DNA of 64,000 nucleotides, from assembly GCA_951406725.2 (NCBI GenBank), contig OX597823.1, positions 67,084,001 to 67,148,000 of the forward strand, written 5' to 3'. This DNA is from Octopus vulgaris. Lineage: Eukaryota. Positions 1 to 14,126 of this stretch are shown here, piece after piece (the first letter of the stretch is position 1; each line of letters starts with the position of its first letter). Position numbers and translations under genes: made by a program. The notes under the pieces were generated by a model. That model ran no database searches. It saw nothing but the letters and a program-made list of their open reading frames with translations, and was not told the origin of the DNA.

Positions 1-469
1 GAATATATGATTTATATAGAGCGACAATGATTTAATAAATCTTTTTTTTTTACGTTCTATTTGCCTTTGCATTTATCTCATTTTCTAAAAGTAATATACT
101 TGGCAAGAATCACCTAGGAACTTATTAGGTATTTTGCCTTATCTTAAACACGCTTTAATTTTTGTTTTCCATTCCAATCTTTCTCTGTTTAATGATGAAT
201 TGTAACGTTTATTGCAACTCCTGCAGTAAAAAAAAAAAATCTTCCTTCTTATTTCTCGTTTATTATATTTGTGTCCCTTATTTCGCTATTTGCTTCATGT
301 TTTATTATATTTCTTCTGTGTCTTCTCCTAAATCACTTTCTTATATTTCCATCATCGCCTTCACCATTGACTTTATTGTCGCAGTTGTCATCACCGCCGC
401 CATTGTCGCTCTCATCACCGTAATCATTATCATCAACAGCAACAATACCAGCGTATTATTATCAATGAT

Positions 470-890
470 TGGAGACAGTATGCTTGCAGAATTGTTAGCA
501 TGCCGGACAAATCGCTTTGTGGAATTTTGTCAGTCTTTACATTCTGAGTTCAAATTCCGCCGAGGTTACCTTTGCCTTTCATCCTATGTGTCAGTTGAGC
601 AGTAGGGTCAACTTTCCTGTCGTTTGAAACTGCAGGCCGTGTGCCAGAATAAGAAAGGTTTATTAACACTGTGCTTAAAGCGATAAGTTGGATTAATCGT
701 TACCGCACCGGAAAAAATGCTTCGCGGTGCTATTTTAGCTCTGTATATTCTGATTTCAAATTCCACCGAGATCAACTTTGCGTTTCTTCCTTTCGTAGTC
801 GATAAAATCAGTACCAGTTGATCACTGAAGTTGATATAATCGACTAACTCCCCTCTCCACAAAATTTCTGACACTGTCAAAATTTGACAT
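470..890 (+). mobile_element. Two adjacent degenerate copies of tRNA-derived SINE family A
   Basis: Head GCAGAATTGTTAGCATGCCGG, B-box GAGTTCAAATTCC and central GCCTTTCATCC / GTCGATAAAATCAGTACCAGTTG motifs, shared with many copies in the window. Confidence 0.7.
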
Positions 891-2885
891 CTTCATTAAC
901 ACCGAGTTTGAGTTGTGGATTAGAGTCGCACAAAATGCTTTGTTGGCTTCCTATGAAGCGTTTAAAGGACTCACTTACTGTCTCTTCATGTTGTATTTTC
1001 TTGAGGGGGGAAATTGTGTACAAGGATAGGACGTGTAGAGTATGAGAAATACAGAAAGGAAAATGACGAGAGAATTAAAGCTAATATGCCAAGATCTCAT
1101 GGGTGGATATATTTATTATTCTCTACAATCAGTCTTAGTTTTGTTTTAATCTTTTACAGTAGATAAAATATTAACAATAAAGTATAGAAGTTACACTTCA
1201 AACTCCGACACACTGGAAGCGCGTGGTGTTGTATCGACGTAATCCAGTGGCTTTAACCATTTCTAGCTTAGTATCTTCTTTAACCCAAACAGTGTCTTGC
1301 AAATGATCCCACCCGATTGATTGCAAAAAAAGATCAGAGTAAAGATTATCATAATTAAACAGAAGGTAATTTTGCGCAGTTGTTTATTATCCATATGTTG
1401 TTATATATGGATGTACCACTTGTTAGTTGTCTCTACGGACTACAAACTCCTATGTGAAATATTTAGAAAAATTACTAAATGGAATTTGGCTCATCATGAA
1501 TAAAATCCCAGCTAACCCCGCTCATATTGTAACTACGACAAATTTTGTTAAACATGTATAAACAATGAGTATTGTGCCTGGTGTAAATGTATTTCTGAGA
1601 AAAATCATGACATCCCTAACACTCAACACTATCTACAAAGGGGCTTTGATATTTTATGTGTCTGTGAATTCGCATGCTCAGAATGTTTCGTTATTACTGA
1701 GGCTAGCATCCATTGATTTAAGCAACCATTATTTACACCAAATACAAAATAAAACACCTCACGGATTTCATTTGCATATATAGATATATTTGTTTGTAGC
1801 TCAATAACAAAATCCTTTACACGTGCACTTCATTATTAATTATTAAAGATCCTACACATGAATATGAATGCTTGTTCAATACTTAATGTAAGAAATAGCA
1901 GATGGTGGAGAGAAGTGAGAAATCTAAGCGAGTAGGTGATATAGTAGTAATACATTATTTGGCTAAATAGTTGAAGAAGGAATATTAAATTGGTAGCGAA
2001 CACGAGATATTGAAATGTAGATAGACGCAAAATGGGTTTTATGTCAATGGTCTCCTACACTGCTTTCTGATAGATGAAAATCAATATGCCTTGTGTACTT
2101 AAACACAAGAGTAATTTATCTGGGATCTGAGACAATATTTATATACATATAGTGTAATTATTTACTGATACATTGAAATTATTCTGTACGGAAGCACACA
2201 CTCAAACATGACTAAGTATGTACACATGTAAGCATACATACAAGCATACACCACACACACACACGCACGCACACACATACACACACACACACTTACACAC
2301 GCACACAGATATAATAGGTGAGTGATGGAGATAGTGACAGCGAGAAAAAGACTTATCACTTATACCATCATATATATTTGCAACAGAAAAATAAATACTC
2401 ACACACAGATATTCAATTATACGTACATACTGACATACACACTATAGCTGGAATCTCATTTTAAAAATATAATATTTGTATGAAATATAAATGCAAGACG
2501 ATTAGAGAAAAGATTATTGATTAACGTACATAAAGTACTGGAATAAACCCTCAAACGTTGTATGCTCTAATGTCTAATGCATCCTTCATTGTAAATTTTG
2601 AGTGATTTCAAGCAGGTGGAACAACTTCGTAAAAAAAAAAACAAAAAAAAACAGCCATTTGAATTCACGTCATGCAACCAGAAAGGAGCTGTTTTAAAAT
2701 TTTCGTGCCATGAAACAACACTGAATTCCTAGTAGATAATTACATTCCAAACATAACACTGTACTCTATATACGCATGTCCCTTTATGAAACATGAAAAC
2801 ACTCTCTCGACTTAATGATATACGTTCAGATAAGCAACTCTGCTTTCCAGCCTAGCCCACATCTAAACCTCATTTTACAGCGCAA

Positions 2886-2935
<50 letters not shown>

Positions 2936-2972
2936 TACTATTATTATTATCATTATTATTATTATTATTATT
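2886..2972. repeat. (TTA)n microsatellite
   Basis: Directly visible; gives the poly-Leu ORF 2815..3084. Confidence 0.95.
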
Positions 2973-3859
2973 CATTAATTTATCTGTGTACCCACACAGC
3001 ATCGTTTATTTCATGGCGGGTGTTATAGTAAACTTACGAAACCCTATGTTCAATTCAATTCAATTAAATTCTCTCTCACTTTAATGCTCATTTTTCATTC
3101 ATTCAGTTATTTATCTATTTTTGTCACAAATGTTTGGCTTACTCCATACTGTAGGTTATAGTCATCGCTATAGTTAACGTTAAGAATGCAAATGTTCAAT
3201 TCTATTTACTCTTGCTCTAAATCCCGAAAATTTTATCTCTTCAAGTTTGTTTTCGACCAGCCCTTATTCTGGAAAAATTTTACCGCTCTACCTCTGTTTC
3301 GTTAGTCATTTGCTTTTCGCATATTCATTGTCAGTTAATTAGTAGCTAGCTTTGTCTGTGGCCATGCCACATTGGCTTCTGCTAGGGAATAGGGTTGCCA
3401 GAGTACTTGAATGTCATTCGTTCTTCACTGTCATTTACCATTTTTACAGATGCTTGTGTGTAATTCAGAGAAGATATCGGTGATTTTGTTATTAGCTTGT
3501 CTCATAATACAGGAAACTATAGACGCTATACTGTCACAGTATCAACCAATTTCATATCACTGACTTGATTGTAGTTTTATCTTGAATCTTTCGTCTTGTA
3601 TATTATCTATGTAGCACAATTTTAGGTATTACGTGTATGATACCATATGAAATTTAATCTACAGCACACACAATTTGTCAGGCATTATTAATTGGACGAA
3701 ATTTATTAGGTATCATATTCCAGTGTTGACGTTGATTCGTTTATATCTCATCTTGAAGCTAATACAACAAATACTTAAATGCAGCCCAATGTACATAATG
3801 ATATTCTAGACTGAGGTTAAACTTTACTCTTCAAGTACAGTTCTAGTTGGAACAATTAA

Positions 3860-4199
3860 AGCGCATATCTATCATCCAGCATGCTCGTTGGAAGAATTGG
3901 TTTTTAAATAAGTTATATGCATCCATCTGAGGTGTGTGTGAGGAGGTTAGGCAACAAGAGACATGGGCATAATGCTCCGAGTTCGATTCTTTGTCCCGGA
4001 TGTGTATTGTGTTCGTCAATAAGATAATCATAGCGCATGTCTATCCTCCAGCATGCTTTTCGAAGGATTGGTTTTTAAATAAGTTATATGCATTCATCTG
4101 AGGTGTGTGTGAGGAGGTCAGGCAACTAGAGACACGGGCATAATGCTCCGAGTTCGATTCTTTGTTTCGGATGTGTATTGTGTTCGTCAGTAAGATAAT
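3860..4199 (+). repeat. Tandem duplication, 2 x ~172 bp, including a decayed SINE family C head
   Basis: 3860-4028 and 4032-4199 align with scattered substitutions (AGCGCAT...GAGTTCGATTC...TAAGATAAT). Confidence 0.9.
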
Positions 4200-4802
4200 T
4201 TACTTCACGTTGCATCTAACCATCTAGTTGGTTAAAATGAATATCAAGTCTGGTATAACACCTTGTCAACGTCAAGTAAGCCCGGCAGCGCTGATAAGTG
4301 ATTAGTATAACTAAAAACATTCCGATAGGAAGAGCGATTTGGGAAGCAATATGAAGCAATATCCTATCTTTACTCCGTTTTACTTTTTCCGTTGATTTTT
4401 TTTATTTATTATTATTTTTTTATTTTTCGCTATTTACTCATTCAGTGATATAGAACGCATTTACAAACATTTTACCGCAACATTCGGTGCATCGATTAAT
4501 ATGAAGAGAATCGGAAACCAAACCAATCGTAACATGGTGTAGATTCAAATATTAAAAAATGAACTTTTCATCTCTATAAAAATGAGGTTAATAGTCTGGA
4601 AATATATAATCATATTAATAAGAAATCATCAAAGACAGCTTCTTCACACCATTTCTTGCAGAGAACGTAATGAAATAAAACCTAATTGGAATAGCGAGAC
4701 TTTAGTTATTAAACGCATTTTCTTGCTATAGTTTATAAGAAAAAAGAATAGATGATCTACAGCAAGATTTGAATAATTTGCCTCTATGTGTGTGTGTATG
4801 TG

Positions 4803-4843
<41 letters not shown>

Positions 4844-5040
4844 GATAGGTCGGTAGCCACTACGCACATTTTTTTCTCTTCTTGTTTCTCTCATTGTTTT
4901 TTTCTGTGTCCCTTTCTGTAGAAGAGCGTAGGCTCGAAACGTAAAAAACTTTTTTCTATTCCTGAGCTTTATACTAATACATCTGTTTGTTTTGTACACC
5001 ACCTGTCTTCGTATTTTGTTTTTTTCTTCGTGAACTCTCC

Positions 5041-5112
<72 letters not shown>

Positions 5113-5226
5113 TTAAATTCTCTCCTTGTGCTATATGAACACTTAAGGTGATTTTATAGTCAGATACTGGCTGGTATTTTCAGCATGGTGGTATCTCGTA
5201 GATACCCTAAGTTATAATTTTAAATT

Positions 5227-5263
<37 letters not shown>

Positions 5264-6054
5264 GCATGCACATACAGCGAAGCATGCATGTAAATATATG
5301 TGTATGTATATATGTATATATGCATATTGAGAGAGAAAGATAGTTGCATGCATGCATACATACATACATGTATGCACATATATACATGCATGCATACATA
5401 CCTATAAATACATATGCACACGTGAATTCATATTACTCAGAAATATTGTATTTGATGTGGTAAAATATATGATGGGCTTTCATTACGACAGCTGAGCAGT
5501 AGAAAATACATCTTCATAACGTCCGTTCTATAAGAAGGCTCCAATTGATATTAATCACATGCGATGTTCGCTTGTAGATTGTTCTGATAGAATGACCTTA
5601 ATTTATAAATCATCTCTATCTGATTGGCTAATAACATTGGTGAAATCGAGCTTGAAATCACTTCGTGGAAACTTTTATAATATTTATTTTCTAGTTATAC
5701 TTCATCTGACTTTAATTTGTAGATCATTATCATCCTCTTCGTCACCGCTATCATCATCATCATTATAAACATTTATCGTCATCACCTCACCCCCCACTAT
5801 ATTCATCGTAATTAATGTTGTCATCGTTATCATCACAGTTGTCAGCTTCGCCGTCGTAGTCGTAATAACAACTCCGCGATCTCTTATTTTTCCGCTAAAA
5901 TCTATACTACAGTGTCGTATAGTTGGCAAATTTATATTAAATTCGTCTACTTCTCGTTCGTCACGATTGCATTCAACTTTATCACCATCATCGTCATTAT
6001 CATTATCAGCATCGTCATCATCTGTCATTATCATCAAGATCATCATTAGTGGAT

Positions 6055-6390
6055 TAGCAGAACCTCCTTTACAAAATTATTTGTGGTATTTCCTCCGGGT
6101 GTTTGTACACTAACTTCTAATCCCTCTAAGATCGATGAAGCAAACTATTAGTCTAGTGCTGGGTTGAATGGTATCAACTGACCACTTCCCTTCAAAGATT
6201 CAGGCATTGTGCCTAAATTAGGACCGATTGTTATTTTTTGTTGTCGTCGTTATTATCATCATGAGCTGGCAGAATCGTTGCAGAGTCGGATCAAAATGCG
6301 CAGTGGAATTTCCTCTAGCCCACTACGTTTTGAGCTCAAATCCCATCGAGAACACCATTGCTTTTCGTCCTTTCAGGTTCGATAAACAAG
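6055..6390 (+). mobile_element. Two degenerate SINE family A copies
   Basis: GAGCTGGCAGAATCGTT head at ~6263, GAGCTCAAATCCC, TTTTCGTCCTTTCAGGTTCGATAAA; older copy just upstream. Confidence 0.6.
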
Positions 6391-7864
6391 ATTTATACCC
6401 TTAAAAGCGACTCCATTCTCCCTATCAACGTCTTCATAGCAGTGGCCACAGATATATACAAGATAATACTATTATCAAACTCCACACAGCAGGAGATATA
6501 GCATTCGCTGAACTGAAGCAGAAACACAATGAGTATATATTATCACCCTTTTAAGGCTGTAAATGCATTAAAAACTCTGAAAGGAGTATACCTACAATTG
6601 CGACAAAAGGAAAGCAAGAACGTTGACAATTTTATTCGAGTACAAGGTAAGAGTTGTACTGTATGAAAGTTGTGTGGAGTTCCATATACACACCAAGAAA
6701 ATATGGTAATAGTGAACGGTTTTAGACTTACGCCTCAATGATGAACAGATTTAGAAAAAAAAGCATCAAGTGAAAAAAGACGTGTATATATATATATTTA
6801 TATATATATATCTTTACACTGGGATATATGAGACGGATCAAAGATAATGCCTACACATCTGGTCATTAAGTTACAATGAAGTGAACAACATATCTGTAGT
6901 ATTCATATGATTATTCGCTTGCACTTGAAAATGATCACAGTGTGCTAATTATCGGCACAGCAATATCAAAACACAAAGTTATAGACGTGTGAACTGAAAC
7001 GTTAATGAATTGCACTGCTTTAGATGTTCAATAAAAGACTTATTAGCAATTAACGAATATGTGGATTATTTTATTTGAAAATAGCACAAGGTTGGTGACA
7101 CACAGCCACTTCTGAAGACATAGGAACGTGATAGACATAGGAACGTTCCAGAAAATATAAATTATTGGATCAGGAAATATTGTTAGGGCATTCTCACAGA
7201 GAATCGGCGAATTGACAGTAACTCAGCCCGTTGGAGAAAAGGATATATGGTATCTTCTCCTGTTCTCTGCGACTTGAGTTCAGATACCATTGATATCAAA
7301 TTAAATTTTCATCTTTTTAAGGCACTAGATTGCCGGAACTGTTAGAAGATTGAGCGAGATGTTTTGTGTATGTTCTGGTTTTACTTTTGCGTACCTTCCA
7401 AGTAAATTTTTTAATATCGTTTCAAAAAGTGGATGTGTGTTATCAGATTTGTGCTATTTTTCAAATAGAATATTTAAAACATTCATTAATTGCTGTAAAG
7501 CCATTTGTTCTACACCTAAAGCGGTGTAAATCATTAGCTAAGCAGCTCACATGTGTATAACGCCGTTGTTTCTTGATATTGCCGTGCCGATAATTAGCAT
7601 ATCACTGTCATTTTTAAATACAGGTGAGTGTTCACATTCGTAATACAGATATGCTGTTCGTTAAAACTGAGTGATTAGATGTATAAGGAACATCTTTGAT
7701 ACGTTTTCTATAGTCCAGCATATAATGATGTATCTAATGTAAAAGATACTGAGATATAGATATTGAGATATATATATATATACAAACATAAATACATACA
7801 AACATATTAGTTGCATTCTCGTATATGATCAAAGCCATTGCTAGAAAGAATAACTGAAATGAAT

Positions 7865-8260
7865 CAATGTTGTTGAAATGTGAGACCCTTGTATGACGAT
7901 TGAGCCCAGCGAAAGTTTTGCACAAAATGCACAGAAGAAACAGGTGTCATAGTATGAACTCTTTCGACATGCCTTTTCAATCCTACAACATTCCCATAGG
8001 TTGCATATATTCTGCATATATTCTCACAATTTACCATGTGTCGATTCCTGTTAGTTCTCCGATGGCTGACCAGACACGTACGCTCAAGCACCTCCTGCCT
8101 CAAACAACACACACAAAAAGCAACAATCCTACATTTTCCACAGATTCATTCCTTCTAAGCCTTGTCTTAATCTTCTCGTATTCATTCGCTTTTCTTCAAA
8201 CCTCCAACAAACACTGTACACTCTCTTCCTCCATCCATTTCGTTCTTGTTCCTCCCTATC
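7865..8260 (-). pseudogene. 3' fragment of an RTE-like LINE with C-terminal Cys/His knuckles
   Basis: Minus-strand translations WRKRVYSVCWRFEEKR, CLRQEVLERTCLVSHRRT, VGLKRHVERVH, CKTFAGLNRHTRVSH resemble RTE ORF C-termini; frameshifted. Confidence 0.55.
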
Positions 8261-8909
8261 CAATACAACAACTGAGGTCAATGCAATTGATTTACCGCCT
8301 TTACCGAACTTGCTGGCCTTGTGCCAACATTTGAAATCAATATAACCAGTGAGTTGTGTGTTATACTTCGAAGCGATGCACGTTACCAGAATTTCCAACC
8401 AAGTCGAATAGAGGAAACGACTCTAAATTCTAAATTCATTTACAAAGAGAAATGTGACCGTTTTGTAAAAGTGTAGATCTTTTAAAACAAGCGTGCATTA
8501 TGCTATCATAAAACTGTAAACCCACGTAAATGCTTACATTCATTTGAAAGCACAGAAAGCATTATCTTTATGCATACATGTGAGTTGGTGGGGTAGACTA
8601 TGTGTGTGTTTGGTAATACATAGATATATGTATACAAACATAAATATATACACAAAATCTAAGTGTTATTAAATGATGGTTATTTGAGTGCTAATTCCCA
8701 TATCCTAAATGTAAATGAATAAATATATTTCTCTATAGCAGTAAACATTACTAAATATTATATTGCACTTTCGCTTGCTAAAACATCAACAGAGTTTTCC
8801 TTTTTTTTTTTTTGGTAACAATGTTGGTGAAGGAATCTACTTCAGTTGACGTCATTGCTTTGAACTGTTTGGAAGGAAAATGATTACTCATTGTTTCAGT
8901 ATTATAATC

Positions 8910-8998
8910 TTTTCCGCTCTCGACACAAGGCCCGAAATTTTGGGGGAGGTGGCCAGTCGATTAGATCTACCCCAGTACTTAACTGGTACTTAATTTAT
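8910..8998 (-). mobile_element. SINE family A 3' half (inverted)
   Basis: Reverse complement of the family tail (AAGTACCAG...GGGGTAGATCTAATCGAC...GGCCTTGTG). Confidence 0.75.
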
Positions 8999-9029
8999 GT
9001 TTCAATATTGTAATATTAAAACGATAAGT

Positions 9030-9244
9030 TAGGCGACAAGCTGGCAGAATCGTTAGGATGCCGGGCAAAATTCTTAGCAACATTTCGTCCGCCTTTACGC
9101 TCTGAGTTCACATTCCGCTGAGGTCGAATTCGCCTTCTCTTATTTCGGGGTTGATAAAATAACTACTAGTTGAATACTGGAGGTCGATATAATCTACTTG
9201 GAGCTTCTCCAAAACTTGCTGGCCTTGTGCCAAAATTTGAAACC
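9030..9244 (+). mobile_element. Full-length SINE family A
   Basis: AGGCGACAAGCTGGCAGAATCGTTAG head, B-box and tail; flanked by AATATTAAAAC direct repeat (TSD-like). Confidence 0.85.
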
Positions 9245-9731
9245 AATATTAAAACAATTAGCGACTATAACTTTAAAGAAAGCTCTGCTCTCTATGTTGC
9301 CCCTTTTGGTCTCCTATTATGAACCAGTAATAAATTGTACTATTTCATTTAACCATGTTTGTACTCTCTCTTCCTTTTCACCAAATTGAAATCACCAGTC
9401 ATAAAAGTTGAAGTCAGGAAAAGGTCATGAAGACAAACTAATTTAAGTTTTGAAGTTTTTGCTAAAATATTAAATGTTACAGCCATGAGGTCTACAACAC
9501 AAAATATACAACAGACAAAACTTAAGGGCTTCAATTCTCTCCAAAAAAAATCAGACGTTAATTTTGGAAATTTCTCGAAAAATTTGTTCACAATTTGAGA
9601 ACAGCTCATCCAAACTAAAATCAAAATTAGACACATTACAATGTCAGTCATCTGAACTTCCTCCATCTACTAAATACAATGCTATCTACAAAATACGGAT
9701 ACCAAACATAATATAATAATATGGATCTTTA

Positions 9732-9926
9732 AGGCGGGGAGCTGGCAAAATGCTGAGCGGCATTTCGTCTTTTTTATGTACTGAGTTCACATTCCGACGA
9801 GGTCAACTTTGGCTTCTATCTTTTCGGGGTCGATAAAGTAAGTACCAGTTGAACACTGGGGCCGATGTAATCGGCTCACTCCTTTTTCATTAATTACTGG
9901 ATTAGTGCCAAAGTTAAAAATCAGTT
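9732..9926 (+). mobile_element. SINE family A with 13-bp TSD
   Basis: Family motifs; ATATGGATCTTTA at 9719-9731 and 9927-9939. Confidence 0.85.
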
Positions 9927-11194
9927 ATATGGATCTTTACAGATAAATTCCCAAAACAAACAAAGGTAATTTAAAGATAAATTGTTCTATAACTGTATGA
10001 AAACAAAATATATTTTTGACTAAAATATGTATTTTTAAATTGTATGGATTTCAGATACTAGCCAGGATAATGTTATTTATTCATCAATGTTAACAGTTTA
10101 TCAATATCAAGATGTTATGCCTCAGGTCGACTCCAGTTACGCAGACTCATTAATAGAGTCACGTTAACCAAAGCAACCATTTGTATAAGTGTGTAAGTCT
10201 TGTACATTTTGAGGGGTTTTTTTTCTTATCCAAGACACAAAGATGCAATAAGGAGGCTTTTAGTTACTATTTATGCTCGATCGATTGACTCATAAGTGCT
10301 CCTTCGATGACTCAATAGACCATAGTAGTGATGACTGAGGTTAGAAAATATTATACATGTAACAGAGTACTTAATGGGCCGTATCATATCTATATTCCTT
10401 CATTCTAACAGGATATTATATCGATTTAATATTTTACCTGGATAAATGCAGGTTGCTTCCACTAACATTTCCGCGAATTTATCCGATAAAGTTGTGGTAC
10501 AGCAAAGTGGAGACTCCTTGCTGTCAGTTGTGGCTTGTTAGAGTTATCATTCGTAGGATAATATTTGTAGGAACTTGTTTCTCATTTATATTAGAAAGAG
10601 ACTGTGTTTATCATTTGCGGAATGTGTTATAAATGATATAATTATATTTGTAACATTTTAGATGGACTCATTGACAACTGATGTATAATTGCACCACATT
10701 CTCGAGGTAACAAAAAAGAAAACTAAAAGGGAAATACATATGTATGTATGTATCTATGTATGTATGTATGTATATATGTGTGTATGTATGTATGTGTATT
10801 AGTAACAAATATTTACTATCACATATCAGTGAAGACGGTGAGTATGGTGTTAACGTATGTGTTCTGTATAATATATGTTTTTGTACGTTTCTGAAATAGT
10901 ATAGACTGCCTGTCCACTGAGTATGCCCGTTACCATGGTAAAAGGGATAGACAGACAGACAGACAGACAGACAGAGGAGAGGTGATCAATATCAGTAAGG
11001 TTAAGGTTGCACTTTTTATAGGTTTCACTTAATAGAAACACATCTGGATTTAGAAGCGTAGAGAAAAAGACTCACTATGGGATGAAAAGATGTTCAGTGC
11101 CAGTAATGTTAGCGCGTGAATTTGTCAATAGATGCGTACATACACACATTCAGATACATTTGTGAATGTATGTAGGTTTATATGTATGTACATC

Positions 11195-11639
11195 ACTTTT
11201 CAATTTCATTTCAAGATTTCTTGCCAATAGATTTGTATGTTTTGTTTTATGTATGTATTGTCATGTATGTAGTTGTTTAGATATGAGTATATATACTTAA
11301 ATTATAAACTTCTGGAAAGTTTTACAAATTTTTACAGTTCCAGTCATGGCTTGGGTCTGTAGACTTTGAATCAGCTTTCTAGTTTCTGGTTTTGATAGGC
11401 CTAATTTCTCAAGATTGGTACTTAGGCAATGTGTTACATATCGCAGCTCCTTAATAATTACAGGTATAAACCTGAAGTTGTAATTTAGGAAGAGTAACTG
11501 CAGATATCTCAATAGTTCAGCGTGGGTATTTTCTTTTTCGCGGATAATTAGCCTTATGTTAATACTGCTGGGAAGATGATTTGCACTACAGTACACAGTT
11601 TCTCTTCTCTGTTACATATAACTATGACAGGTCTATTAT
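11195..11639 (-). mobile_element. 5'-truncated non-LTR retrotransposon, REL-endonuclease C-terminus plus 3' UTR (R4/Dong-like family B)
   Basis: Minus translation NRPVIVICNREEKLCTVVQIIFPA (decayed RPD..E), EKENTHAELLR, FRFIPVII, TGTVKICKTFQKFII*; same family as 61489-61640; abuts a (CATA)n tract. Confidence 0.75.
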
Positions 11640-12429
11640 ATATGTGTGTGTATGTATGTATGTATGTATGTATGTATGTATGTATGTATATCAAGGTGTA
11701 CCAACGAGGGAAAAATTCGATCATGTAGATGCAAAACTTTTTTATTTATTCATTCAAAACTGACAGATTACTCCCTAGCGCATTGTGTAAATTCCTCATT
11801 TTAAAAAAAATGATAGAATAGTAATTCGACAAAATTGTATCACTTGCATATTTGTCCTTAAAAGCTTCTTTAATTTGTTTAATATATAATAGCTTAAATA
11901 TTCTTTCTTTACTTTTTCTCTTCGTTTTTTCTCCGCCTCATACGCATTTCGTATTTATATCATGTTTCTTTAGAAAAAAATACATACCATTCGCTTCTTT
12001 CAAACTATTTAATTATGTACTCCTTCCTAGTATTCTAGAATTTTTCATAGATGTTCCAATGGGTTAGTTTTCTAAAGTTGATCTATCAGCTTCATAGTAC
12101 ATCTTGTTTACATCAGCTGGAATTATAGTGTCTCACTAATACAGAATTATTTCACAATTTACTTTCTGATTCTCTGATGCCAAGATTGATGAGATGTTTG
12201 TCTGGCCTAACTCATCAAAATACTTTTACGCTAGATATACAGAAATAGACTTTTTGCTTTATTATTATCGCTAATTAAATTATTCATTTCGGTTCAACTT
12301 TCAACTTTCTTTTTAGCGATAATGTATCACCGAGATGATTATAATGATCAATAATATTGAAGGCACTGAGTGCGGTAGATCGTGAGAAAAATTATATCTT
12401 TAGACATAATATCTTACAGAATATATATA

Positions 12430-12725
12430 GTGCACTTAAAACACGAGGTCTGCATTGCATTTCATCCTTCAAGGGTGGACAACAGAATATTACCAGTAAA
12501 GTACTGCGATTGATGTAATCGACTGTTCCCCCTTCATCCAAAATTCAGGCCCAACACAGGGTAAAATGCTTAGCTTTATTTCGTCCGTCTTTACTGTCTG
12601 ATTTCAAATTGCGCCGAGGGCGATTTTGTCTTTCGTCTTTTCTGATTCGGTAAAATTACTACCTGCTGAGCACTGGGGTTCGATGTAACTGACAATTCCT
12701 GGCCTTGTACCAACATTTGAAATTG
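12430..12725 (+). mobile_element. Two SINE family A fragments
   Basis: TTTCATCCTTC, GATGTAATCGAC, ATTTCGTCCGTCTTTAC, CACTGGGGTTCGATGTAAC, GGCCTTGTACCAACATTTGAAA. Confidence 0.7.
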
Positions 12726-12793
12726 CAGTTTCACAAACACTCGAACACTGGATATCAAACTTTGGTCAGATACAAATCCATACAAACACACTC

Positions 12794-12877
12794 ACATACA
12801 TACATACATACATACATACATACATACATACATACATACATACATACATACATACATACATACATACATACATACAT
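12794..12877. repeat. (TACA)n microsatellite
   Basis: Directly visible. Confidence 0.95.
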
Positions 12878-13166
12878 GTATACATTCATGCATATTTATA
12901 TATACATATATATATATTTAAATCAAAGAAGTATTATTACCGTTATTAATGATAATAATGATAATAAAAAGGTGGTTAGAAAGTTTACACCTTTACAGGT
13001 AAAATATATTCAGATTCAGTAGGGTACTTGAATACCACTTGCTATAAACAGAGCCATCGCTCCAAAACCACCAATAATTCGCTATTAAAATACACACGGG
13101 GAAGGCAACGAATATAGGAGAAACAGGCTTACCTTGCGTGGAATACAGAAGTAAGTAATGTGTATA

Positions 13167-13229
13167 TTTCAGTATCAATTGATTTCGTCACCTGTATAAA
13201 AACACATACTTTGAACTCATCAGTTGAAA
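13167..13229 (-). ncRNA. Type I hammerhead ribozyme motif (slightly degenerate) in a PLE pLTR/retrozyme-like remnant
   Basis: Minus strand UUUCAA-CUGAUGA-GU(U)CA...UGAC-GAAA-UCAAUUGA-UA^CUGAAA: intact core, palindromic stem III, stem I 5/6 pairs. Confidence 0.7.
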
Positions 13230-13411
13230 ATAACACTGACATATATTTCTGAAATATTCATCACATTACCTCGTGTGCGTTCTTTACTTTAAACGTCCCT
13301 GTGACATTCAAAACAAAACTATCGTGAGCCAGTATAAATTTCAATCAAATTATTATTACTGTTATTAATAATAATGATAAGGTGGTTACTAAGTTTACAC
13401 CTGAATATGAA

Positions 13412-13443
<32 letters not shown>

Positions 13444-13446
13444 CTA

Positions 13447-13585
13447 TAGGCTTCATTCTGTTTCCGTCTACCAAATCTCACGAGTCTTGTCTTTTGCTGC
13501 CCCAAAAGTCATCTGCCCAAGCTGCCATGTAGTGGGACTGAACAAAGAATAAAATGCTTGTGAAGCAAACATCTTACAATACAGT
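13447..13585 (-). mobile_element. SINE family B fragment
   Basis: Reverse complement of TTCAGTCCCACTAC...TTGGGCAG and GATTTGGTAGACGGAAAC motifs seen in the full copy at 28362. Confidence 0.65.
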
Positions 13586-14065
13586 GCAATACCACTAATG
13601 ATAGAAAGTTGATGATTAAATCGCCTCTAATAATTGCGTATTATATATCAAACCAGCTAGCTTGAAATGCTAGATAAAGGAGCTAAACCAAATCTCACTC
13701 AAATCACTCAGTATTAACTCAGAGAAGGATACGTAGGACAGATCGTTCTTGGGTTTCTTCTTCTTAGGAAAAAGACCTAATACTCACGGTTAGAATACCT
13801 TTGATGATACGTCTGCTCGATCAGTGCTAATCCGAGGACTCGAGCAGAACACCAGCAACAACAAAAGTATACACTGCTATGGATCACAGGGAATTTGAAA
13901 TCGGTGCCATATAAAAACCTGAATATTAAAGAAATATTACTAATATCAGAGGTCCTTTTGCTCAGTGCTGTACTAATTTTGAGCTACGTTTAATTATTGA
14001 TATGTTTGTCATCTGTTGTTATTTAGGATTCCTGTTAACAATTTTTTTTTCTTTTTATTCTCCAG

Positions 14066-14126
14066 CTTTCTCTACAATGCAAAATCTACGGACTTACAGG
14101 AATGAGGTTTCCTGGGACAGCAGGAA
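14066..14126 (+). other. Candidate 61-nt spliced exon (host gene or lncRNA unknown)
   Basis: Long polypyrimidine tract ending TTCTCCAG; donor GAA|GTAAGT; two of three frames open; no partner exons found. Confidence 0.25.

Noticed and set aside
162-605. 147-aa hydrophobic ORF
   Set aside because: Low-complexity T-rich/ATC-repeat sequence running into a SINE.
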